This document shows positions 53,388 to 64,000 of a stretch of DNA of 64,000 nucleotides, piece after piece. The notes beneath the pieces were generated by a model. That model was not told the origin of the DNA. It saw nothing but the letters and a program-made list of their open reading frames with translations, and ran no database searches. Position numbers and translations under genes: made by a program. The stretch spans positions 45,706,464 to 45,770,463 of the forward strand of contig NC_043011.1 of NCBI RefSeq assembly GCF_006345805.1, read 5' to 3'. The stretch's first letter is position 1; each line of letters starts with the position of its first letter. Origin of the DNA: Octopus sinensis (lineage: Eukaryota).

Positions 53388-55625
53388 CAGAGGGTTGGCA
53401 ACTTCTTTACCTCCACGGGCTGGACCAAAAGTATTAATGATGGATAGCTGGCCGGATGAAGGCCATAAAAGAATAATTATGGAAAATTACACAAGCTAAA
53501 ATTTAATCATGAGTGTTGACTTTACTTAAAAATAATTTGTATTACCCACAGATGAATGTAGTAATGGAAAAACATAATTTATTCAATTTTAGACATCATT
53601 GGAATCATTTGTTTAAAAAATCTTAAAAATATATAGCAACCAAAACATTAATGGGGAACTTGATGTTTCTTGTTCCCTGAAAGCTTTTCGATATTAGGCT
53701 TCAAACTTGTTGATGCCAAGAGTAAGATAATATTAAGATTATTGTCAGTTAATCTTGTTCTCAAATTGTTCTTAGTTATCTTCAATTTTTTGGAAAATAA
53801 TTGCTTACACTGATAAGTGCTTCCAAACAAAAATGTGATCCTTTTTGCATGATTCACTAAGTTGGTATACTTCCCACTTGGAAAAATCTATTTTGCATTG
53901 AAGTCAATCAATGAAACATCTTTAGAATGAAATTTAGATCCCAATAATTTGTCACACTGCATATCAATTAATTCCATTTGAAAGTATTCTGATACAGTCT
54001 CCACCTCCACATCAAATGGCTTATTCTTTTACTTGTTTCAGTCATGTGACTGTGGCCATGCTGAAGCACTGCCTTTAGTTGAGCAAATCAACCCCAGGAC
54101 TTATTCTTTGTAAGTCTAGTACTTATTCTATCAGTCCCTTTTGCCAAACTGCTAAGTTATGGGGATGTAAATACACCAGCATCAGTTGTCAAGCGATGTT
54201 GGGAGACAAACACAGACACACACACACACACAAGGCTACCAAATCCACTCACAAGGCTTTGGTCGGCCTGAGGCTATAGTAGAAGACACTTGCCCAAGGT
54301 TCCACGCAGTGGGACTGAAACCGGAACCATGTGGTTCGTAAGCAAGCTACTTACCACACAGCTACTCCTACGCCTAGGAGTAGCAAACAATTTAAACTTA
54401 CTTGCATGCTGACAAAAGTCAGCAAAATGTGAAGCAAATTCCTTTCTCAAATCCTGGATTATATTCACAAATATCTCTGAATCCTTGAAATGATGGAAAA
54501 TGCACATAATTTTTATTTTGAAGTTGATGTTCCTACAACTGTAACTTTTTTTTTTCAAAGGCAACAATATGGTTATACATTTCATTTATGAGCTGAGTTT
54601 TACCTTGAAGTTGCTCGACTAAAAGCAGTGCTCCAGCATGTTCACATTCAAATGACTGAAACAAGTAAAAAGAGTTTGTATGCCTAATTTGAGTAACACT
54701 AATGTCAGTCATAGTACGGCCAGTGTAGCAACACACCCAATGACAACAACCACCAAACGTCACTGGTGCTTAATTGTCCCTTCGAGGCAGTCTTTTTTAT
54801 GTTTGTTGACAGGCTCAAGTCAGCTCTGAGTTTTTTGTTTTAGGAATTCCAACCACATTTCATGGTTCGCTAGCTCAACAGCTCCTTTCTAGGATCCAGT
54901 AGCTAAAGACATCATCAGGAGGAACCATGTCTGGTTTCTGCCCCGACTCTTCTACCGTTTTCGACATGATGGGGCCTTCCCTTTCGGAGGTGTCTTTAGC
55001 TTTGGTGTTGAGTGTGTTTCTTCTTTCTCCTTCTTTCTTTTGTTCTTTGGTTTCTTTAATGCAGCATCAATGAATGTCAGCAGGCAACTGACCAACCTGC
55101 CAAAATTCCCTTTAAATACTTGCTGATAGGCTCCAGCAGCCAGCACCAACTGTCACATGACACTGTCTAAGCTTCAATTGACCAGCAGAGGGGAAGGGCT
55201 CGTAGTTTTAGCATGTACCTCTCTAAACCTGCCTCCAACAGCATTGTGTTAGTTTCAATTCCAGCAGGAATGGTGGTGATTGGGTAGAAATGTTTTAGAA
55301 TTGTACTATCATTATTGTTGTTATAATTTTTGCGTTGTGTGGGCGTAAATGATGTGTGGTGCCCTGCGTATGCGATGAATTTTTAATTGTGTTTTTGCTG
55401 CCAAAGTATTCACATCCAGTTGGTGGTGGACATTAGATAGAGTGAATCAGTAGATTTGTGGAAGAAAGTAACAGCATGCCTTTTATTGTATTCGAAAGTC
55501 TCGTCATATTACAATAAATTAAAAAGTTTAAATTAAAACTCATTGGGCATCAGTTCTCGGGGGGCCAGTCAAAATCCTTTCATGGCCAGATCTGGCCAGT
55601 GGGCCGTAGGTTCCCTGACCCCCTG
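53388..55625 (-). mobile_element. hAT (Buster/Charlie-like) transposon relic with both termini and TSD, internally deleted and carrying nested insertions
   Basis: Exact 8-bp TSD GTCTACTG (53380-53387 and 55626-55633, nnnTAnnn pattern); imperfect TIRs CAGAGGGTTGGCAAC / CAGGGGGTCAGGGAAC; transposase C-terminus FGSTYQCKQLFS...RTRLTD...PNIEKL...QVPH and DLRKEFASHFADF upstream. Confidence 0.9.
54023..54376 (-). mobile_element. tRNA-derived SINE (family A) nested in the hAT transposase
   Basis: Matches the other family A copies and splits the transposase fragments at 53648-54020 and 54380-54600. Confidence 0.9.
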
Positions 55626-57299
55626 GTCTACTGCTTCAGGATTGATATGGGTGCTGGACATTGTAACCAAAATATGTCTTTAATCAAATAGAATTGGTTG
55701 AATATTTCATGAGGCGTAGGAGTAGCTGTGTGGTAAGTAGCTTGCTTACTAACCACATGGTTCCGGGTTCAGTCCCACTGCGTGGCACCTTGGGCAAGTG
55801 TCTTCTACTATATATATATATAGATGTGTGTATATGGGTGGAATGGGTGCTGATGAAGGAGCAAAAACTCTTGAGATATGTTAAACACGCCCAATGCCCA
55901 TTTTCACCTTTGATCTCGCTGTTTACACCTGGCATCTCGGATACGAAACATTAACAGAATCAGTGCTAGCTATAGTCTCTATCGAAAATCATTAGAGAGA
56001 ACCTTAACAAGTGATGAAAGAGCACTGTTAACACATTAGTATGTGGTATTGACTTATAAAAACGTTTAATAGACATGGTAGTATATTATGGTTACCAAAG
56101 GAAATACGAAATACGACGTGCCTACAAGTTATTAATAATTATGTAACAGCTTCAAGGAATGTATTTAACAGGGGCATATAGTCCGGGTAGGTGTGCATTG
56201 CATATCCATCGAAAATGGTAAATTCATTATAAATATTAACCTTACTCATTAATTTAATCCCAAATCGTAATGGAAAATGGCAAGACCTCCGTCTGTTCCC
56301 ACACCAAAACCACCCTTAAATAAAAAAATTTTTTTCGACACAACTCCACAGCGCATTGGATCATAATATAAAAATAGGATCACATGCGGTCGTATCGTGT
56401 AAGAGACACGGTCGCACGTGATCATATTCTTAATGAGATATTACAGACCATATAATACATACAGCGGCAATAGAACACAAGTGGAATGACAACAAGATTT
56501 CTTTTTGAGATATGTACATTATTTATTTTACATATTTTACAATCATGCTGATGTTGGGAGTTTGTGAGTGTTAGCATGTTTTTGGTGTCTGTGTGTTCGT
56601 GAAGCATAAAAGGTACTGACCAGAGAAATAACAATGGAATTTGGTTCACAGTTCATGTTGTTGGTATCAGCCCAGCAACAGGTAGTAGCAGATGGCTTAA
56701 GGTAGTTCTTAGAAGAACTAGAACTCAAGACAGATTTACCGTTTATGAGGTACACGGAGTGTAAGAGTTCCATATCAAGATGTTGCGTCTCGTAGTTGAG
56801 ATTAATTGAATCACTTGTGTTTTATCTTTCTCTTGATATGAATATACTTCCAGATATATTAACTGTAGCCGTCTTTCCCGTGGTGATATTTTCACCTAAC
56901 CGCTATAGTTGAATCTGTAGTTGCCTTGTGTACAAATTAAACCTTAGTAGATAGAGAGATGTTTGGCGATGAGTTGTGTCTGTCGCTTGGTTTTTGCTGC
57001 GTCTTCATTATATATTCTGCTTGGTTATTTTTCTCTAGTTATAGATATCCTGTAACCGCTCTTTTCGTGGTGATATTTTCACACTAACAGTATGAGAGGA
57101 ATCTGTAACCTCTTGTATACAAGCTAAATCTTCGTGGATAGTTATGCTTGGTGATCGCCTGCCTTTCGGACCGGAACATAGTTGGTATGCTCTGTGTGGT
57201 CAGAGGCCCGCCCTGAAAAGGACTGTAACCTAAGACGAGCTCTGTGGTCAGAGGTTAGTCCTGAGAAGGACTAGAACCAAAGACGAAAAATGTCTGAGG

Positions 57300-57480
57300 A
57301 CATTTCCTTATATAAGGTTTATGTGGCTCAAAACGAACTTCAGAAATGGAAAGCTGTGATTGGCTGCTTGGAACAAATGGCGCGAAAATAAGCGGAGGCA
57401 AATCGCGTCACGTGACGACCAGCGGTGCGAACGTAGTAGAGACCACATGTCAGCCAATCGGATTAGTGTTTACAACAATG
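57300..57480. promoter_or_regulatory. Promoter-like motif cluster in a CpG-rich island
   Basis: Palindromic CCTTATATAAGG (57306-57317), CCAAT boxes (57357-57364 on -, 57454-57458 on +), E2F-like GGCGCGAAA (57379-57387), palindromic E-box GTCACGTGAC (57407-57416). Confidence 0.5.
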
Positions 57481-57710
57481 TTAAACTAGCCGAAGATGTT
57501 TGTAATCTCGAACGAGATTATTCTGAATACTCTTCCCAAACAGTGAAGATAGCAATGAGGGAACGATATTGCTACAATAATATGGTACCTGGCATATTAT
57601 GGCGAAAAGTGTGCAACAGTCTTGACGGCACTGTCTCATGTCCATTTTCGTGACGAGAAGTTGTACGTTTAAATCAATTTTAAATTCTTAAACTAAAACT
57701 AATAGTTTTT

Positions 57711-57981
57711 GGTACTTTTAAGAAGAGTGGTCCCGGTGCGCGCATTCGCGTACTCGCGCATCCGCGCTAGCTAGTCGTGACTAGTCGATCCTAGAACGAC
57801 TACCTAGCAAAGTAAATAAAGTACAAAATAAATAGTTTTTTTTTACACAAAGTAAATAATTTTTTAAAACAGAGTAAATAAAACAAAAACACAAAGTAAG
57901 GATCGACTAGTCACGACTAGCTAGCGCTGATGCGCGAGTATGCGAGTGCACGCACCGGGACCACTGTTCTTGAATGGTACC
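57711..57981. mobile_element. MITE with ~80-bp CpG-rich TIRs, possibly Merlin-type
   Basis: GGTAC...GTGGTCCCGGTGCG...CTAGTCGATCCT is mirrored at the right end; flanks TAGTTTTT / TATTTTTT form a 7-of-8 candidate TSD; GG...CC termini. Confidence 0.8.
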
Positions 57982-59301
57982 TATTTTTTTTTTACAATTT
58001 TTTCCTTACAATATCATCATATAACTTTAATCTTAATTTATTTTCAAAACTAATGATAAAGTAGTTCATTGTACGATGAGGTCATCGAACCTTTTATGTC
58101 TCAAAGAATAGAACTTACGTGCAAGTAATTTAAGTAAAATTATGTGGTTTCTTATTTTCAGTTTGTGTTATTAAGAAAACTATGGCTTCTTTTAGAATGC
58201 TTACAATTTATACAGGGTGTTATTGATTCAGTTTATTTTAGTACGATATGTCTGTATCCCAACTGAATTACGTTTACATTATTTACATTTTGGAATACTC
58301 ATTTTGAATAGAAATACTCAGTTTGTGTGCCTAATTCGAGTAATACTAATGCTGGTCATTTTATGGTATGTGTGGCAACACACCCAATAATAACAACCAC
58401 CATTCGCCACTGGTATTTGATTTGTAAACTTGGTATATTTTGGGCAGACTGAGCCGTCAGTCAATTGGGCTTTGCAATTGAAAGTGTTTGAAAGTGCATC
58501 CAGCTGTAAAACCCATGCCAAAGCTGACCTTACCTGTGGTTGTGATACATACAAAGCACTTTGTCCACCCTGCTGGAAGGTTGGCGTTAGGGAGGGTATC
58601 CAGCCATAAAAAAAATCATGTCAAAACAGACACAAAGGTCTGGTGCAGGCTCCTGCCTGCCTGGCCAGCTAAGCCATGCTAGCATGGAAGGCAGATGTTA
58701 AATGATGATGATGATGATTTGAAATTTCAATGATGTGATTGTTTATTTTCCGAATGACATGGTAGGAGAAGTATGAGAGGCAGGATCTAGTCACTTTGAA
58801 TATAAAACAGGGAGGATATCTGGGCCAGATGAAGCTATTTTAAATGATAAACGGTCAAAGGGTTAATGTGAATTAATAATCCAATTATTGGTTTTTGTTT
58901 CAAAAATGTAATTATCCTCGAAAAACTAATTAGGAGATAGACACTTGTCACAAAAAATATACAGGTAAAGAAAATACATGTGGTGGTAGTTTCAGAAGAC
59001 TGCAGCTTTACTTGTTACTACGGAAACTGGCACCATGGGTCTGTGGTTTTCAATTGGCTGAAATTACCCAAAATTTGCAAAAATTTGAAGGCTTTTAAAT
59101 TTCTATTTATTAATTTATGGCAAAAATGAATTTCATATTTGTAATTAGTATACAAAACTAAATTAGTACATGAAAAAATGTAATTGTCTTTGGAGAATTT
59201 GGAAAATGAGGAAATGGAAAGAACAGACATTTTAATCGTGTCAACAAGAGTTAAACCAGTATGGCCGAGTCTGTGGAAGTTCTTCTGTTAACCTTCCATA
59301 G

Positions 59302-59354
59302 GAAATAGTAGATTAATGTAGTCAGGAAATAATGTTTAACATTTACTATAAAAG
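59302..59354 (+). other. Candidate non-coding (5' UTR) exon
   Basis: Acceptor TTCTTCTGTTAACCTTCCATAG| and donor AAG|GTAAGC around 53 nt with stops in all three frames, 1.9 kb downstream of the promoter-like cluster. Confidence 0.3.
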
Positions 59355-59759
59355 GTAAGCTTTGATGTTAATCTATGAAATAAAGAGAAAATCAGTGTTT
59401 GTTGGCACCAGTTGCTGGAGATTTCTTTCAAATAACCTCATTGTCTTAATAAAACGGATAGCACATTCCAAGGAACGCTACCCAAAAGAAAAGATGAGAT
59501 AGTCCTTACTGGAATGTCTTTCATCATACATCCACTTGGTCAGGGCTGGGCTGGGCCGACTTTCAGAATAGCTGACCCACATACATTGGAGTTTCTCTGT
59601 TTTGGTTGGGATATTTTCCAATTTTATATTTTGTATCACACATTTCAAACCAATAGGGAGAAAGCCATTTTGTTTTTTTCCGAGAAAAAAAATTAATGCA
59701 TATACACAATATATAATGTGTGTGCGTGTGTGTATATATATATGTGTGTGCGTGTGTGT

Positions 59760-60000
59760 GGAGGCATGTGGCTTAGTGGTTAGGGTGTCAGCATCATGAT
59801 TGTAAGATTGTGGTTTCGATTCCTGGACCAGGTGACGCGTTGTGTCCTTGAGCAAAACACTTCATTTCACATAGCTCCAGTCCACTCAGTTGGTAAAAAT
59901 GAGTAACGCTGCGATAGACTGGCGTCCTGTCAAGCTGGGGAACACATATGCCATAGAAACCAGGCCCATGAGCCTGGCTAGACTTTAAAGGGGCACATTT
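59760..60000 (+). mobile_element. tRNA-derived SINE (family D)
   Basis: GGAGGCATGTGGCTTAGTGGTTAGGGTGTC...GGTTTCGATTCC head; the body matches 4915-5145. Confidence 0.85.
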
Positions 60001-60031
60001 ATTTTTTATTATTTTATATATATATATATAA

Positions 60032-60673
60032 AGGGTAAAGACCCCCTTCGGTCATGAGTGACCATGGGTTTGCACCTAGAGAGTTACCCTCTGAGGCACA
60101 AGTCCGGGCAAGGTTGTTTTATGGAAGACCAGTAGTCGCCTATGCATACCGGCCTCCCCTCTCCACGCCACCAGTGTTATCCAAGGGAAAGACAAAGGTC
60201 GATACAGCTTGGCACCTGTGACGTCGCAACTCATTTCTACAGCTGAGTGAACTGGAGCAACGTGAAATAAAGTGTCTTGCTCAAGAACACAACACGCAGC
60301 CCGGTCCGGAATTCGAGCTCACAACCTCACGATCGTAAGCTCGATGCTCTAACCACTGAGTGAAGGCGCATGGCTCAGTGGTTAGAGCGTCGAGCTTACG
60401 ATCGTGAGGTTGTGAGCTCGAATCCCGGACCGGGCTGCGTGTTGTGTTCTTGAGCAAGACACTTTATTTCACGTTGCTCCAGTTCACTCAGCTGTAGAAA
60501 TGAGTTGCGACGTCACAGGTGCCAAGCTGTATCGACCTTTGTCTTTCCCTTGGATAACACTGGTGGCGTGGAGAGGGGAGGTCGGTATGCATGGGCGACT
60601 GCTGGTCTTCCATAAAAAAAAACAACCTTGCCCAGACTTGTGCCTCAGAGGGTAACTCTCTAGGTGCAAACCC

Positions 60674-60675
<2 letters not shown>
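60032..60675. mobile_element. Head-to-head pair of a tRNA-derived SINE (family E) forming a ~300-bp-arm hairpin
   Basis: 60064-60360 is the reverse complement of 60374-60675 apart from a few transitions and an A-run indel; 13-nt loop TGAAGGCGCATGG. Confidence 0.95.
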
Positions 60676-60705
<30 letters not shown>

Positions 60706-61164
60706 TATATATACGTGTGTGTATAAAACAACAGAAATACAGATAGAGAAAATCATATCTTTAATTGTTGAATTCACAATTTGAAGCCAATCATCATTTC
60801 TGTTTTATCAACATATTTAGATACAGAAAATATCATTCACTGGTATCTGATTGTTTGATATAGTTAACCAAATTCATTTAAAACCAAGTGCTTTATTGAT
60901 ATCTGCCTGGATTTTTTTAATCCCCCTTTTTCTTATCTACTATATACTTGTGGAAAGGGCGGACGTTGTCTCACAAGCAGTTGTGCAGGCAAAAGTGTTA
61001 GTAAATGTGGTCAGATTGACCTGAAAATTTGTTAAAAGTGGTGAGGAGTTTGCATGGCAACTTTGAGTTTGCTCAATTGAAAGGTGTGGCCTCTAGGGCA
61101 AAATTCCTCATCTTTAAATTGTGGCCCAAGTAGACCCAAATGAAATCAGGTTATAATACTACTA

Positions 61165-61672
61165 TATATATATATATATATAATAATAAAATATTAGGGA
61201 ATAAATCCAAACTTACAGGGAAAAATCAGATTTAGGATTGAATCGAATTTTATAGTAAAATATTATATTATATTAAATTAGAGATAAAACCACTATTAGG
61301 CAAATCATACAATGAAAAACTTAAGCCAATACATAAGATTAATTAATTTATATTATTTTAAATATATATCAAAATTATTAAAAAAAGATAATTAGTATAA
61401 CACTACGATCGTTTCATGGCTGTCCAATTCTTAAAATTTCGAGTTACAGTCATTCTTCAGGTGATTTAAATATTTAACTTAGCGAGGTTTAATCAATTTT
61501 AAGAATTGGACAGCCATGAAATGATCGTAGTGTTATACTAATTATCTTTTTTTAATAATTTTGATATATATTTAAAATAATATAAATTAATTAATCTTAT
61601 GTATTGGCTTAAGTTTTTCATTGTATTATTTTCCTAATAGTGGTTTTATCTCTAATTTAATATAATATATAT
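61165..61672. mobile_element. Penelope-type terminal-repeat fragment with inverted partial duplication
   Basis: Arms 61265-61438 and 61495-61668 are near-perfect reverse complements; both outer ends lie next to (AT)n; contains an HHR. Confidence 0.75.
61401..61463 (-). ncRNA. Minimal type-I hammerhead ribozyme with intact core
   Basis: CAC-CTGAAGA-ATGACTGT-(22 nt)-ACAGCCAT-GAAA-C-GATC-G-TA-GTG: stem I CAC/GTG, stem II 7 of 8 paired, palindromic GATC helix III, GUA cleavage triplet. Confidence 0.85.
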
Positions 61673-61674
61673 GT

Positions 61675-62125
61675 ATGACTGATGCTGGTGTTTCAAGTGT
61701 TGGGTCTCATGGAGGCAAAGTGGTTGAGTTTCTTTCAAGCATGGAAGCGAGTTCTTTTCAAGCATTGGGCCTCACGGAGGCAAAGTGGCCAAGTTCTTTT
61801 GAGTGTTGGGCCTCATGGAAGCAACGACCAAGACCTTTGGCATTATGTTGTGCTTGAGAAGACCCAACAAGCTGAGCAAAATCGAAGTCGTGGCAGATAT
61901 TGGTGACACAAAAATGGCACCCATGCCAGTGGCATGTAAAAGCACCTATGCAAGTGGCATGTAAAAGCACCCATTACACTCAAAGAGTGGTTAGCATTAG
62001 GAAGGACATCCAGCCGTAGAAATCATGCCAAATCAGACTGGAGTCTAGTGCAGCCTTCCAGCTTGCCAGTCCTAGTTAGTCTGACCAACGCATGCCAGCA
62101 ATGGATGCTAAATGATGATGATGAT
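61675..62125 (+). mobile_element. RTE-LINE 3' end: ORF C-terminus (locally triplicated), 3' UTR and (GAT)n tail
   Basis: Reads SFQALGLTEA and SNDQDLWHYVVLEKTQQA, resembling RTE C-termini, and runs directly into the family core and ATGATGATG tail; this links the (GAT)n family to RTE. Confidence 0.75.
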
Positions 62126-62731
62126 ACACACACACACACACATTCATGAGTATATGTAAGACTTTGTGAGAAAGTATTCTATGACTAGATACACTTTTCA
62201 ACCATATAGTTTTGGGTTCCATCTCACTGTGACACCTTGGGCGAATATCTTCTAATATAAATGCAAGCTGACCAAATTCTTGCGAGCAGATTTGGTGGAT
62301 GGAAAGTGAAAGAAGCCCTTTATGCATGTATTTATCGTTGTGTGTTTGTTTTCTTGATATTGTACACTGATTTATTGTACTTATTCTATCGGTCTCTTTT
62401 GCCGAACTGCTAAGTTACGGGGATGTAAACACACCAGCATCGGTTGTCAAGCGATGTTGTGGGGACAAACACATACACACAAACATATACACATACACAT
62501 ACATATATATATATATACATATATGCGATGGGCTTCTTTCAGTTTCCATCTACCAAATCCACTCACAAGGCTTTGGTCAGCCCAAGGTGCTATGCAGTGG
62601 GACTGAACCTGGAACCATGCAGTTCATAAGCAAGTTACTTACCACACAGCCACTCCTACACCTGTATGCACAAATATAATGATTGTTGTGATTAAAAAGA
62701 ATTTCATAAATTCTATTTTCTCTTAGATTTG

Positions 62732-62765
<34 letters not shown>

Positions 62766-63049
62766 TTATATACGATTAAAAAAATCATACACATCATCAA
62801 TGGATGTTAAATGATGATGATGACATCAACAAAGAAATATACAGAAAATTTGCACATCACTTATCATCCAAAAATCATAATTACATACCTTTAATGATAA
62901 GATTCCTTATTTTGGGTGGCATCAACATTGAAAAGCTGCTAGGAATAAATGAGAGAATGTAAAAACGAATGTGACAAAAATGAACATGATGCAGGCAGTT
63001 GGTACAAATATATATCACCTTGATCACCTTGACCGACCAGTCCGTCAGG

Positions 63050-63680
63050 CGTCCATTTGACACTGCTGGTCACAGCACGCTATCCACTCCTCTCTGGATC
63101 GTGCCTTTCTCATCCATGTGATCCCAATCGTCCTCCTGAAATCGTAACTCCACTGTCGTGGGTCCACCGATTATCGGTGAGATGGGCAACGTGTCCAGCC
63201 CATCTATACTTGCTGCGTGTATACTCTGCGATGACATCTCTCACGCCAGACTTCTTTCTGATGATCTCGCTACTGATGTGCTCTCTCAACGAGATACCAA
63301 GCATTGACCTTTCCATGGCTCTTTTAGCCGTTACCAGTCTTTGCTCTTCTCTCTTTGTGGTAGCCCATGTTTCACTACCATATAACATTGCAGGCAGAAC
63401 TGCACTGTTAATGAGGTTGGCGCGGGTGGTCCTGTCCAACCTTCCATTGAGCACATCCCTTATGCCATTAAACGCCTTCCATCCGGCCCTTACTCTCCAT
63501 GAGATCTCCTTTTCGATATCTCGGCACATATTCACTTCCTGTCCCAGGTAGACATATTCCCTTACCTCCTCTATTTCATCACTGCCGATCACCATTCGAC
63601 CTGTTGGTACGTTGTCTGACCGCATGAACTTTGTTTTCATGCGGTTCATCTTGAGACCTACTGCAGAGTTTTGTCTCATG
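63050..63680 (-). pseudogene. RTE-clade LINE RT C-terminal fragment
   Basis: ORF 63110-63700: AVGLKMNRMKTKFM...IEEVREYVYLGQEV...LPAMLYGSETW...KYRWAGHVAHLTDNRW; 5'-truncated. Confidence 0.92.
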
Positions 63681-64000
63681 ACAAATATAAATAAACACAC
63701 AAAATAAAGGCCCTACAATAACGGAACAGCATCAAGACAAGACATGTGTAGATGTAACGCTATTGGAAAATGATGTCCTACAGCACTTGGAAAGGAAAGT
63801 AGAAGGATGGAAAGAGAGAAATTGGAATAATTCTGATGTTGGCAGAGCACCAACAATTTTGAAGGTTGAGGGTGAAGCATGTTGATTCCATCAAACCCAA
63901 TGCTTGACTGATATTTATTTTATCAACTGTGAAGAGATGAAAGGCAAAGTCAATCTCAGTGGAATTTGGACTCCGAATGCAAAGAACTGGAGGAAATGTC

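Noticed and set aside
56781-57279. Solo LTR (TG...CA with AAGA 4-bp TSD)
   Set aside because: A 4-bp match is likely by chance, the terminal inverted match is poor, and the right boundary falls inside a tandem unit
57360-57653. 97-aa ORF in the CpG island
   Set aside because: It starts at TTG, overlaps promoter motifs and shows no recognisable domain

Overview
AT-rich, repeat-dominated animal genomic DNA with no recognisable multi-exon gene. The repeat landscape (several tRNA-headed SINE families, RTE-LINE 3' ends with (GAT)n tails, very long (AT)n/(AC)n/(ATAG)n tracts) suggests an octopus or related cephalopod; this is an inference from pattern recognition, not a database hit. Almost all ORFs in the supplied track are microsatellite translations. 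The coding signal I can support is transposon-derived: a Penelope-like element (RT with YKDD plus C-terminal GIY-YIG endonuclease) arranged as a ~2.8 kb inverted duplication, R4/Dong-like RLE fragments, CR1-like and RTE LINE fragments, three mariner fragments, and a Buster-type hAT relic with both ends and an exact 8-bp TSD. There are also piggyBac-, Tc1/mariner-, Merlin-like MITEs and a Helentron-type HINE. The most interesting theme is a set of minimal type-I hammerhead ribozyme (HHR) motifs from at least five distinct repeat families; the copy at 61401-61463 has an intact catalytic core. Several of these repeats, plus one HHR-less tRNA SINE, sit as back-to-back inverted pairs with one truncated copy, mostly next to microsatellites. 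One of them is a tRNA-head + (TAA)n + HHR composite that looks like a Penelope-mobilised, ribozyme-bearing SINE. A CpG-rich promoter-like region with structured internal repeats (56.2-57.7 kb), two low-confidence signal-peptide exon candidates and a 100-N assembly gap complete the window. Repeat boundaries were read by eye and may be off by some bases.
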